A stretch of 61,610 bases of DNA, the filler included, from Nemertoderma westbladi (taxonomy: Eukaryota; Animalia; Xenacoelomorpha): NCBI GenBank assembly GCA_032718475.1. It is 3 parts of 3 records of this genome, joined end to end, with 100 filler letters (N's around TTAATTAATTAA, not from the genome) between each part and the next. Parts side by side here need not be neighbours in the genome. Positions count along the whole stretch, not along the records: positions 1 to 30,268 come from JAUCBJ010001776.1; 2 more parts are not named here. One strand, 5' to 3'. The notes beneath the pieces are model-generated. The model was not told the DNA's origin. It made no database searches and saw only the letters and a program-made list of their open reading frames with translations. The position numbers and the translations under genes are program-made. This document shows positions 13,616-24,591 of the stretch, piece by piece (the stretch's first letter is position 1; the number at the start of each line of letters is the position of its first letter).

Positions 13616-14290
13616 ATTACTTTTAGTTTTATATTATATTGATTTGCACTATTAATGCTTCAGCTAAATGTAATAATGTAATGTAATAATAATAATGACT
13701 TGGAGTGTAATACAAAATTAAAAAAAAAAAAATTTATAAACGCAAAAGTATATCTCTGTCATTGCGTTATAAAAGTTTTAGTTTTTGTTTACACGTTTTC
13801 CCCTTCTTTACCTAGATTGAATGGACTACTTGTGGGCCTTTATTATTTTTTACAATTAATATTTAATACTCAAACTTGAATTCTAGAAATAGTGATAGAG
13901 CTATAGTGATGAGATGGTATTATTTATTATTTAATTACTAATAGCGCTATTAAAGCCCTATTAGCACTAATAATCCTATTAGTAAAAAGGGATTTACTAA
14001 TAGCACTATTAGTGCTAATAGCCCTTTTCCGCCTATCGCGCGTCCACCAACCCACCCCTGCCAAACAGACAATTTGGAAGACATCAAAATGTTAAAACTG
14101 ACACTCGAGATGAATTCTGCGACCAAGAAACCCCCTATAACTAAACTTTTAATGTAATAGCTAATTTTAATCAAAACTTTTAATGTAATAGCTGATTTTA
14201 ATCAAAATAATTAAAATTAATTAAGCCTAATTAAATTAATAATTTTTTTAAAAATTCGCTAATTAACAATTATATAATACGTACGTACGT

Positions 14291-15580
14291 TACCGACGTT
14301 ACGTAGATGACTCTTTTATTTTATTCCGTGATCGGCAACACGCTTATGACTTTATGAAATACCTAAATAAACAGCACAGAAATATAGAGTTTACAGCTGA
14401 ATTCGAATCTAATGGCTCCCTACAATTCTTAGATGTTCTCATTACAAAAAACACAGATAATAAATACATTACATCTGTTTACCGTTAACCAACTTTTACA
14501 GGCCTGTATACACCATTTGATAGCTTTATTCCAGATCAATTCAAAATTGCTCTAATTTCAACACTTGTTTATCGAATCCTTATGATTTGTACTACCTGGT
14601 GCCAATTTCATAAGGAAATTAATATCCTCCATGGTCTATTGTCCCTTAATGGTTACCCTAAGCACTTACTGTCCATGGCTACTACTGATAGGATAACAGT
14701 TAAATGTATGACAGGTTCTAAACCGACTTTCCCCACTGTTCCTAAACGTCCGGTCTATCTTGTACTACCGTTCATTGGTTCATACTCAATCCTGCTTAAA
14801 AAACGACTACAGTTACTTAGCAAAGCGTTTCCCCAATGTAATTTTAAGATTATTTTTCGCCCTACACGTAGGTTAGGAGTTCACTTTCCATTTAAGGATA
14901 GAATTCCCCTGTGTCTCAGACCTCTTGCTTTATATAAATTTACGTGCAGTAGCTGCAATGCTACATACATCGGTAAAACCGAGCGTCACTACAAAGCAAG
15001 GATCAGCGAACACTTGGGAGTTTCCCCTCGAACAGGAAAAGCTTCAACCTCTCCCAAACACTCCACTGTACGAGAACACGCCCTAGACGAGGATCACACC
15101 TTTAATTACAATGACTTCTCAATAATAGGTAGAGCTGATACTAATTACGACCTATTAATTAAAGAAAGCCTAGTTATCTCCCGCCACAGACCTACTCTAA
15201 ATATTCAGGGAACCTCATTCCCTTTACTATTGTTCTAAAAACTACACACACTACATAGACCGTATCTGCAGTACTATACAGTATGTATTAATTAATATTG
15301 GTGTTGTACTCATTATCAATTTAGTTGTCTGATTTCATGATTTTACCGTGCACTATTTTACTTAATTCAGTATTACGTATGCAAGTAGTTAGGCTCCTAT
15401 ATCTTCTCGTATTGTAATGTTTTCACATATTATTTTGCAGTAATATTAATAATTTATAATGTAATTTAAACTTTATGTATCTTACTGTAGTATTGGCTGA
15501 TGATGGTTTAATGTAATAAATCGAAACGTTCCGCTTAATTAATTATGGCATTATTTTCATTCGCGCTAATTATTATAATT
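14291..15580 (+). mobile_element. 5'-truncated Penelope-like retroelement (RT C-terminus plus GIY-YIG endonuclease)
   Basis: In frame from 14291: YRRYVDD..FLDV..SVYR*PT (one stop), continuing into ORF 14582-15238 with YKFTCSSCNATYIGKTERHYKARISEH and LIKESLVI..PTLN. Confidence 0.9.
15493..15535 (+). ncRNA. Candidate minimal type I hammerhead ribozyme in the Penelope 3' region
   Basis: CTGATGA (15497-15503), stem II GGTTTA/TAAATC, GAAA, palindromic AACGTT stem III, short stem I TGG/CCG. Confidence 0.6.
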
Positions 15581-15845
15581 TTACTACGAATACTGCCATA
15601 TGCCTCGCCACAATGTTGTGGAGTGTACCGGTAGTGTTTGATTGTTGTATTCAGACATTGCTGGGTAGATAGGTACTGTAGGTAGGTAAGTGCATATTAC
15701 AGTATTAAAAGACGCTGATAGCGTTTGTGGAACATTTAATTTATGAAACCTGTTGACGCGTGACGGGCCCTAATTCCCCTTTGCAATTGCAGTGTTTGCT
15801 ATTCCAGAAGTCCTTTGGTTACGAATCTGACAAGCTAAAAAAACA

Positions 15846-16526
15846 ATGGGTCTTACGGACAAAGAGGCCGACGCTCAAATTAAACGCATGTTGGACATTA
15901 TAGATAAAGAGGGGGATGAGAGAGTGGAAGAAGTGAACGCAAACACGGAAGAGTTATTCGATATCGAGAAGGGGAAGCTGGTGGAGATGCAACGGCAGAA
16001 GATCACAGAGTATTACGAGAAAAAGAAAAAACACATGGAACTTCAGAGGAAGATAAAACAATCGCATCTGATAAACCAGGGCCGGTTGAAAACGCTAAAA
16101 GCTATGGAGGAATATGTGTTGCAGTTAACGGAGACTGCCAGATGCAGGTTGGGTGACCGTACCGGCGACAACGAGCAGTACCGGTCGTTACTAAAGGGAC
16201 TCATCAGTCAGGCGCTGTGCCAACTACTCGAGTTGGTGGTTGTGATTGTTTGTCGCCGCGAGGATCTCGATCTGGTGCGGAGGATCTTACCTGAGTGCGA
16301 GGCCGAGTACAAACAGTTTACGGGGCGGGAAATCTCGGTTACTATAGATACCGAGAACTTCCTTGGGACGGGGGTGTCTGGTGGGGTGGAGGCTATAGCG
16401 AGAGAAGGGCGACTAAGGGTTATTAATACTCTAGAGTCGCGATTGGAACAGGTTCAGAAACAGATGGCACCCGAAATGCGATGCATATTGTTTGGCGTCA
16501 ACCCAAACCGAAAGTTCAACGATTAG
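15846..16526 (+). CDS. ATP6V1E1: V-type proton ATPase subunit E (CDS in a single exon)
   Basis: 226 aa collinear with V-ATPase E: QIKRM..EELFDIEKGKLV..EYYEKK..NQGRLK..SGGVE..NTLESRL..LFGVNPNRKFND. Confidence 0.95.
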   Translation: MGLTDKEADAQIKRMLDIIDKEGDERVEEVNANTEELFDIEKGKLVEMQRQKITEYYEKKKKHMELQRKIKQSHLINQGRLKTLKAMEEYVLQLTETARCRLGDRTGDNEQYRSLLKGLISQALCQLLELVVVIVCRREDLDLVRRILPECEAEYKQFTGREISVTIDTENFLGTGVSGGVEAIAREGRLRVINTLESRLEQVQKQMAPEMRCILFGVNPNRKFND

Positions 16527-17789
16527 GGGATGGGGGGGGGGGGGGGGGGGGGGTACAAATTAAGATAATATTGTCTGATTAGTCGGCCTAAATTTCATCC
16601 AATAGCATTGTAATTACCTCTACTGCTCTACACCAGTCCTTTACAATTTGATTAAACCAACGTCAACACGATCGCCTCCCAAAACTTATTTTTAACATGA
16701 AACATTTCATCAGCTATCTTTAATAACAAATCGCATCGTATCGTAGTGTTATAATATAATTTTCTAATAAAACCACAACATAATGTATTTGTTGCAGGTT
16801 ATTTACAGTGATCTGAACATCGTATCGGATCAGCTGATCAGCTTTACTACACATAAGTACAGTAAGGATGTTAATATTTCATTGAGATTTATTTTATCGT
16901 TAAATATTGACCTCTCTGCTTATGGCGAGGCGGTAAATTAATTAGACCTAATTTTAATCCCTCCCATTACATGAAGTATCTATCATGGTCTATTTAATGA
17001 TTAATTTTGAAGAGGCACTGTTTTTGCTTCATTTCTTTGTTGCTGCAGTCTATTGGTTTATTATGTTTGATTTCTACCAATAATAATATATTAATAATTT
17101 ATGTGTTTAATATAATATTAACAGAATGTTCTAGCTTCGATGTAGTGTAATGATTGTTTTCTTATTTAGGAATATTGGCTATAAAATTTATAAATCACGT
17201 ATCTATTTTTGAAAATTTTTTAAACATTATGACGTTTTGTGAGAAATGAACAAATTGCCATTATATACAAATGATTGACATATTATTACACAACCAAATT
17301 TAGTAACTGTGTTAATGTGTATTGATTGGCTTCGTTGTATTGTTGTTTCTGTTTTCTGTTTAAACATATTGTTATAAATTTTCTATTGTATGTAAGTTTA
17401 TTTAATGTTAGATTCTTAGATTATAAAGAAGCGTTTATAAGAACACCTATTAAATATTTCCCTCAAGGCACGTAATTCGGAGAAAGCGGAACCCATCACG
17501 ATCGATGGAAAAATTTCTTCTTCTTTTTTTCGGGATTTGCTACCTCTGAATTTATATGCCATGCAGCTTAAAATTTGTAAAATTGTATAAAAATGTACAA
17601 TTGTCGCGTATCAAGTAGAAAAGTATAGTATCAGAAAAATCTATTTTTTCTATGGTCCATTCTGGTAGAGAATTGTTCGGGCTATCTAGTGGTATATAAC
17701 ACTTATCTTCTATCATTTTCCATTTTGGAGTAATTTTACGAAAACTAAAGTGTAATCGCTCATAATTTCTTCAAAACGAGTTCAAAGCC

Positions 17790-18530
17790 CACACCAGACA
17801 TCCATTCATATTTCTGTCTGTCTGTCTGTCAAACATTAGGAAAGCAAACAAACTAGCTAAATTTCTTGCTACGGGTATTTTCCAGTTTCTTGATCTCTTT
17901 TGCGATGTCGGGTTGCACATTTTACGAAATAGACTCTTTGACCACCTGTCTGTCTGTCCGTCTTTTGGCAGACTATCTGTCTTACATTACGAAAGAATAC
18001 AGGCTAACTAAAATTCTCGTTATAGAGGTTTTTTGGGTTTGTGATTTCATTTCCGATGTCAATTTTCACATTTCACGTAATATAGACTGTCTGTCCGTTG
18101 TCTGTCTGCCTGTCTTTTTGTCAGACTGTCCGTCAAACATTAAAAAAGCATACTAACTAACTAATATTCTCGCTAAAGAGGTTTTCCGGGTTCGTGATTT
18201 AATTTCCGATATCAGTTTTCACAATTTACAGAATGTATACATACAGCCTGTACACCTGTCTGTTTGTCAGTTTTTTTTTCTTTGTCAGACTATCCGATAA
18301 ACATTAATAAAACGTACAAACTAACTAAAATTCTCGCTATGGGGGTTTCTTGGTTTCGTGATTTCATTTCTGATGTCAGTTTTTACATTTCACGAAATCT
18401 AGACTGTTTGTCCGCTTGTCTGACTGTCCGTCATTTTGTCAGTCTGTCTATCATCAGATATTTGCGAACAAAGGATTGCGTCTACGTGGTTTAAATCAAA
18501 ATTGTCGGATTCCTCATAAAATTTTGAGTC
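17790..18530 (+). repeat. Diverged tandem units (about 120-150 bp) rich in CTGT; related segments at about 9480-9680 and 14060-14160
   Basis: Recurrent CTAACTAAAATTCTCG..GGTTT..GTGATTTCATTTC.GATGTC and (CTGT)n blocks. Confidence 0.65.
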
Positions 18531-18955
18531 AGAAACTAGTGCTACAGAGATCTATAGGGACTACATGAATGTCTAGATTATAAATAATAGAAACATTGGC
18601 CCCAATTGCCTTTTTATTGAATATGACTAGAAAGCCAGCAATCTGTCTGGAAGGAGCCCGGGGGATGGGGAAGAAACCTAGCCAAGACTAATACAAACAA
18701 ACTACTCCTATGTCAGTCAGCATTAAGTAAACTAAACAATTGTCTAAACTGTAATAGAGGCTAGCTGTCCTTGTGGCGCGTCCCACATAATAAAAAATAA
18801 AACTTAGCTACCACTAACAAAAATATAGTATGAAGCAAATAATTTCATTATGAAGCACGTTTACAAGATATAAGATTACCGAATATTTATAAAAAAAATA
18901 TCAATGATGCACAACCAGATAAATAACAACGAATAGAGCCAAATAATAAATTTAG

Positions 18956-21900
18956 GGTCAAAGTCAAAATAAATGTTACATCAGTGTTTCACAATGGCTG
19001 ATTTTTTTAAAAGTCTGTAACTTTTGAACCACTGGACCAAATTTGATAACCAATAGCTCATTTTAAAGCTCTTGATAAACACTACAACATAGATAAAATC
19101 CAGCACCACTTACACAAAAATATACCTTTATCCAACCACTTTGGAGTCCACTTATGTAGACCAGACCTGTAGACCATGAACGAAACTTTTTGACTATTTC
19201 AATATGAACGCCCTGTCACTCTTGATTGGAGTTGTGTGACATGCAAAGTAGGGGTTCATTAGAATGTTAAGATGTTGACATTCCTTTAAATATATGATGG
19301 GCCCAAAATATACAATTTTGGCATTGTTTCACATGCCTGAATATTCGCTAGGGAAGTTGACTAATATTATCAAATATTTGGGGAAATTGGAAGTGAGATA
19401 ATTCCGAAATTCCCAGAGCAAAGCCCTTAATGTTATATTTTCTCTGAAAGTTCATATATCGATAATTATTAAATTAATTACACGGCAACTCCCTCTACCG
19501 CAATATTAATTTTCCATTGCTCTAAACACCGTGAATCACTATTTTAGATAAACATTGTAGACCGTGAATCAAATTTCAATTCCACATTTCAGAAACTGTG
19601 TGATCGTGGATATGTTGGTTCATGGTGTAAATGGGAGCTGCTCATCATAGGTTTTATTTTTATTATCATTCATTTATGACCATTGCATTATATTGTCTCT
19701 ACGCCTTAAAGTATGTAATCATGAAACAAACGTTGTAGACTGTGAAACTGAATACCATGAACACTTCTCATAAATAATGGTTCATGGTACTTGTTTATCG
19801 TGTTCACGGTCTACAAAACTAATCGTCTACAGTATGCAATTTGAAATTATGTACAGTCAGCAGTATAAACCATGAGAGGCAAATTTAAAGTGCCACTGGT
19901 ACTTAATAATTAGTCACTACACTACAGCCTAATTCTATATATCCTAATCCTATAATTCGAATTTTCTGTTTAAATTATGGCGCGTACAGTTAGTCAAATT
20001 AGTGGTGATCTAAATGCTAGAAGTACTGTTAAGAAATCGAATAAGATAGAGTCGTTGCAACGGATGCGTACCACAGGAGGAGGAGGGAAGCGACTGTTTA
20101 AAAAACGTAGCAGTAAGAAAACGAAGCGAAACGGTAAAGAAGTGGCACGCGATAAGGAGGGTTTAGAAATTAGCGACAATAATCCAAACCGTAAACAACC
20201 GAAAAATAATAAACGTATTGCGTTGAATGTTACCGGAACATCGGATAAAACGTTGGATAAACCATCAACGTTGGATAAAATGAAGAGTGTAAGCCAACCA
20301 AGCACAGGGACAAAACGAAGTAATAGAGTCATCCAACGGACGAAGTCATCAACCAAAACCAACATGGCGGCATCAACAGCGGAAGTTGTGGGCAAAGTGA
20401 TGAGTCGAGCGACTAGATATAGAAAAAAACACAAAGAATATTATGAACGCGAAAAAGAACGACGAAGGATACGTGACAAGGAGAAATCGAAGGAGAAACA
20501 GGAGAAAATGAAAAGTGATCCTGCATTCTGTAAACAGCAGCGATTATTGAACAATATCAAACAAAGAAAGTGGCGTTTAAAAAAGAAGAAAGAAGTTGAA
20601 AATGGAAAACATTCAAAACGAACGCCAATCAACTCGAATGAGACAGTTGGAGTTGATATTACACCACCTTCTACTTCCCGTCAATTGAGTCAACAAGAGC
20701 GTCGCAAACGTGAAAAGGATGTTCAAATCATGGAGTTGATAAATGAGAATTTTGCACTAAAGGAACAGATTAAGCAGCTGGCTGATGAGAGCACCAGTAG
20801 TTCTAGAGGGGGGAGTGCTAGAGGGAAGAATGCTAAAGGGGGGAGTGGTAGAAGTGATAGTGCTAGAATGGAGTGCTGTGGGGAAGATAATTCAGTAGCT
20901 GTTGAGGAGGGAGGGGCTGAGGTAATGGATGTGGAAATAGATGTTATAGTGGACGGAAAATCACCGAGCAAGGATGTTGTCCGAACATTGAGTAACAGAA
21001 TTTTAAATAAACTGCCTAAAACTGCAAAATTTAAGGACAGAGTTTTACAACGAGTTTTAGCGCGTACTGCAGCAGCAACAGCTGTTGACAATTCTATGAA
21101 GGAGAATTATGGAGAGTTGCCCAAAAAATCTAAAAAGAATCTTATACAATTAAAGAGAAAACAAAACGAATCAATTACCAAAATAGCTTCGAGGGTTGGT
21201 TGCAATAGGCAATTTGTGTGGAGAGTTATCAACAACAAGTCGAAAGTTCGTGTTAAAGCTGCAGATGTTTGGAAGGATAAGGCATTTGAATTCTTCAACA
21301 GGGATGAGGTTTCTCGCGTTTTACCATGTATGAAAGCAAACAGAAGAGCTTTATTAATTACAATGGATGAGGCATTCGCACAGTTTAAATCAATCTATCG
21401 TGATTTCAAACTGGGATTCACTACCTTCAAGAAACTTCGACCAGTGAATGTTCGACGGATTAAACCATCTGATAGGAGAGTCTGCCAGTGTACCCAGTGT
21501 ACTAATTTTAAATTCAAACTAGAAGCTCTTGTTGTGGCTGGACGAAACCAGGGAATACGAAATTTACCCACAAATGAGTATAGCATAACGAAACGATTGG
21601 CATGTCCGGACAAGGTTGAATGTGTAAAATCTCATGATGGCTGCTGTGATAGTAAAGTCGATCATCTTTATGGAACTATAATGGATTCAAATGTTGTTGT
21701 AAAAGAGTGGAAAAAGGTGAAGATTGCTGATGATAGTAAGAAAACCAAATGGGTATTAGAGGAAAAAAAGTCAAAAACGACAGATGTGATTAAAGACGTT
21801 AAGGGTGATATTCATTCAATTATATGTCATCTCTACAGAGCTGAAAACCAGTATTTAGCAAGACGGACATTGGCTGAAAGTCTCGTTCCTGGAGAAATTT

Positions 21901-23264
21901 TGATCTGGATGGATTTTGCCGAAAACTTTACGATTGAGGTTGATGATGAGATCCAGCAGGCTCACTGGGGTAAGAAACATGTGACAGTTCATCCTGTTCG
22001 AGTTTATTTAGTTGGTGGAGGTTGTATAAATCTCGTTTTCATATCAAACTCATTAGACCATGACCACGTCTTTGTGCGACTCGCAACACAGAAACTGGTC
22101 AAGTATTTACGTGATAAAGGTGAACAAGTTGAGATTGTGTATCGATTTTCAGATGGATCTGGAGCTCAATACAAGAGCAGATTCGCGTTTCATTCTTTGC
22201 GCGATCTTCCTGAAATCCTTTCCGTTAAATTAACATTCGACTATTTCGAAACTGGTCACGGTAAAGGCGCGCCCGATGGCATTGGTAGTTTAGTCAAACG
22301 ACATGCTCGCGATGCATGCTTGAAGGGTGTGGTAATGAACACGGCTGAAGATGTTTATTTATACTGCAAAGGCAGTAAACAACTGAAAAGTTGCAAGTTT
22401 ATTTTTATTTCAAAGGATGAGATCGATGAAGAGTGGTCAGTACTGCCTCCTTCATATAAATGTCCCACTCCTGTCGAAGGGACACTTAAATTACACCATA
22501 TAATTGCTAAGCAATCCGAGTTTCATTTCCGCGAGCTTTCGTGTTACTGCAGTTTGTGTATTAAAGGCTACTTCTGCGACAAGTTTCCTACGAAACAACG
22601 CATCTTCGATCAGAAGTTTTTAGGATTCGAAAATATTGAACAATAAATAATAGTTATAGTGAAGAGACTGATGAGAAAACTGATCTTCTTCGATGAGAAG
22701 TTTTTTAAATTACTGTAATTGTTTAATGTTAATGTTAAATGAGTAATAATGCTAATGCACCAGTGCAGTCATATACTTAAATAATGTAAATCAGTCGAAA
22801 TTTGCATAATTTTATTCATGTAAGCCCTATCATACGTCTGTGAAATAGAAATTCGCACTAATATTTGTATTCTAAATGCTCCAGAGTTATCACAGACTTG
22901 CAGGACTTGATTCAATTCATGGTCTACTCTACACTAACCACATCATTCACAAAGAAACACATAAAATGTATACCGTGAGCAACCACTTATTCAACTACTG
23001 AAGGAGTTATTGCTCATGGTATACGTTAAAATGTAGAGGTGAATAATCTGTATCATGTGCTACAAGTAAAACTGTAGACGTGAATCATTTAAATCAGTTT
23101 TTTGACAATAACGTCTTGCATTTTAGTTATCTTTATTTTTTTTTGTCAAATTCGGATTCAGCTCGTCAATATCTTTCCAACGGCATATGATGTTCCTATA
23201 TTTAGTCAGATATGAAATTTCATCCCAAAGTTTCGCTTTTGTAACATTTATTTTGACTTTGACC
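18956..23264 (+). mobile_element. Full-length (4309 bp) Sola2-type DNA transposon
   Basis: Perfect 25-bp TIRs GGTCAAAGTCAAAATAAATGTTACA (18956-18980 / 23240-23264), 4-bp TSD TTAG (18952-18955 / 23265-23268), and a single intact transposase ORF. Confidence 0.9.
19977..22646 (+). CDS. Sola2-type DDD transposase, 889 aa
   Basis: CQCTQC motif; WMDFAENF, EIQQAHW, FSDGSGAQYKSR and FETGHGKGAPDGIG catalytic-type motifs; C-terminal SCYCSLC; basic N-terminus. Confidence 0.85.
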   Translation: MARTVSQISGDLNARSTVKKSNKIESLQRMRTTGGGGKRLFKKRSSKKTKRNGKEVARDKEGLEISDNNPNRKQPKNNKRIALNVTGTSDKTLDKPSTLDKMKSVSQPSTGTKRSNRVIQRTKSSTKTNMAASTAEVVGKVMSRATRYRKKHKEYYEREKERRRIRDKEKSKEKQEKMKSDPAFCKQQRLLNNIKQRKWRLKKKKEVENGKHSKRTPINSNETVGVDITPPSTSRQLSQQERRKREKDVQIMELINENFALKEQIKQLADESTSSSRGGSARGKNAKGGSGRSDSARMECCGEDNSVAVEEGGAEVMDVEIDVIVDGKSPSKDVVRTLSNRILNKLPKTAKFKDRVLQRVLARTAAATAVDNSMKENYGELPKKSKKNLIQLKRKQNESITKIASRVGCNRQFVWRVINNKSKVRVKAADVWKDKAFEFFNRDEVSRVLPCMKANRRALLITMDEAFAQFKSIYRDFKLGFTTFKKLRPVNVRRIKPSDRRVCQCTQCTNFKFKLEALVVAGRNQGIRNLPTNEYSITKRLACPDKVECVKSHDGCCDSKVDHLYGTIMDSNVVVKEWKKVKIADDSKKTKWVLEEKKSKTTDVIKDVKGDIHSIICHLYRAENQYLARRTLAESLVPGEILIWMDFAENFTIEVDDEIQQAHWGKKHVTVHPVRVYLVGGGCINLVFISNSLDHDHVFVRLATQKLVKYLRDKGEQVEIVYRFSDGSGAQYKSRFAFHSLRDLPEILSVKLTFDYFETGHGKGAPDGIGSLVKRHARDACLKGVVMNTAEDVYLYCKGSKQLKSCKFIFISKDEIDEEWSVLPPSYKCPTPVEGTLKLHHIIAKQSEFHFRELSCYCSLCIKGYFCDKFPTKQRIFDQKFLGFENIEQ

Positions 23265-23317
23265 TTAGATTCCTTCTAAAGGTATTACCCCTCTAATACC
23301 CATCTATAGGTGATCAC

Positions 23318-24202
23318 TGAGTGAGTGAGTTAGTGAGTGAGTGAGTTAGTTATTGAGTGAGTGAGTTAGGGAGTGAGTGGGTGAGTGAGTGAGTGAGTGT
23401 GAGTGGGTGGGTGGGTGAGTGAGTGAGTTAGTGAGTGAGTTAGTTAGTGAGTGAGTGAGTTAGTTATTGAGTGAGTGAGTGAGTTAGTGAGTGAGTGAGT
23501 GAGTTAGTGAGTGAGTGGGTGAGTGAGTGAGTGAGTGGGTGGGTGAGTGAGTGGGTGAGTGAGTGAGTGAGTTAGTGAGTGAGTTAGTTATTGAGTGAGT
23601 GAGTGAGTTAGAGAGTGAGTGAGTGGGTGAGTGAGTGGGTGAGTGAGTGTGAGTGAGTGAGTGGGTGGGTGAGTGAGTGAGTGATTGTGTTAGTGAGTTA
23701 GTGAGTGAGTGGGTGAGTGAGTGAGTGAGTGAGTGAGTGAGTGAGTGGGTGGGTGAGTGAGTGAGTGAGTGAGTGGGTGAGTGAGTGAGTGATTGAGTGA
23801 GTTAGTGAGTTAGTTAGTGAGTGAGTGAGTGAGTGAGTGAGTGAGTGAGTGAGTGGGTGGGTGAGTGAGTGAGTGTGAGTGAGTTAGTGAGTGAGTGAGT
23901 GGGTGAATGAGTGTGAGTGAGTGAGTGGGTGAGTGAGTGAGTGAGTGAGTGAGTGAGTGAGTGAGTGAGTGAGTGAGTGAGTGAGTGAGTGAGTGAGTGA
24001 GTGAGTGAGTGAGTGAGTGAGTGAGTGAGTGAGTGAGTGAGTGAGTGAGTGAGTGAGTGAGTGAGTGAGTGAGTGAGTGTGAGTGGGTGAGTGAGTGAGT
24101 GAGTGAGTGAGTGAGTGAGTGAGTGAGTTAGTGAGTGAGTGAGTGAGTGAGTGAGTGCGTGAGTGAGTGAGTGAGTGAGTGAGTGAGTGAGTGAGTGAGT
24201 GA
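23318..24202. repeat. (GTGA)n microsatellite, about 880 bp
   Basis: Directly visible; GTTA/GTGG variants occur mainly in the 5' part and the 3' part is nearly pure. Confidence 0.97.
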
Positions 24203-24591
24203 AATCCCGTTGTCGAGCGGGCTCCTAATAAACATATAAACATTTTTATGTGGCAGCGATTCAGTCTGCAGTAGACCTAGATATATTAAAAATGTTGCAG
24301 AAATTATATTAAAAACATATGTGAAATGTAATACGTACGTGGGAATAAATTACGCCTGTGAACCACTTGAAAAAGTCATTGGATATTTTTACATATTTAA
24401 GCAGTTTTTAGGACTTGAGATTTCTCGAAAGATTTTTTTTACTCCTACTGTAAAAAGAGGGCTGGGTAGACAGCTATTTTAGGTTTTGGATGAGTTGAGT
24501 ATGGCCGCAATAAAAATTAAAAATCCCGATCCCGAAAAGCGGGATCCCGACAGTTGCAATCCCAAATCCCGAAAATTGTGGATCCCAATCC

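Larger units (their letters stand above)
9688..14058. mobile_element. Internally deleted PIF/Harbinger transposon carrying nested insertions
   Basis: Inverted pair CAGGGGTGGGTTGCTGGACG (9686-9705) / CGTCCACCAACCCACCCCTG (14041-14060, one mismatch). It contains a HARBI1-like N-terminal remnant on + and a convergent Myb/SANT-like N-terminal remnant on -. Confidence 0.65.

Noticed and set aside
23884-24243. (HSLT)n ORF
   Set aside because: Translation of the (GTGA)n microsatellite.
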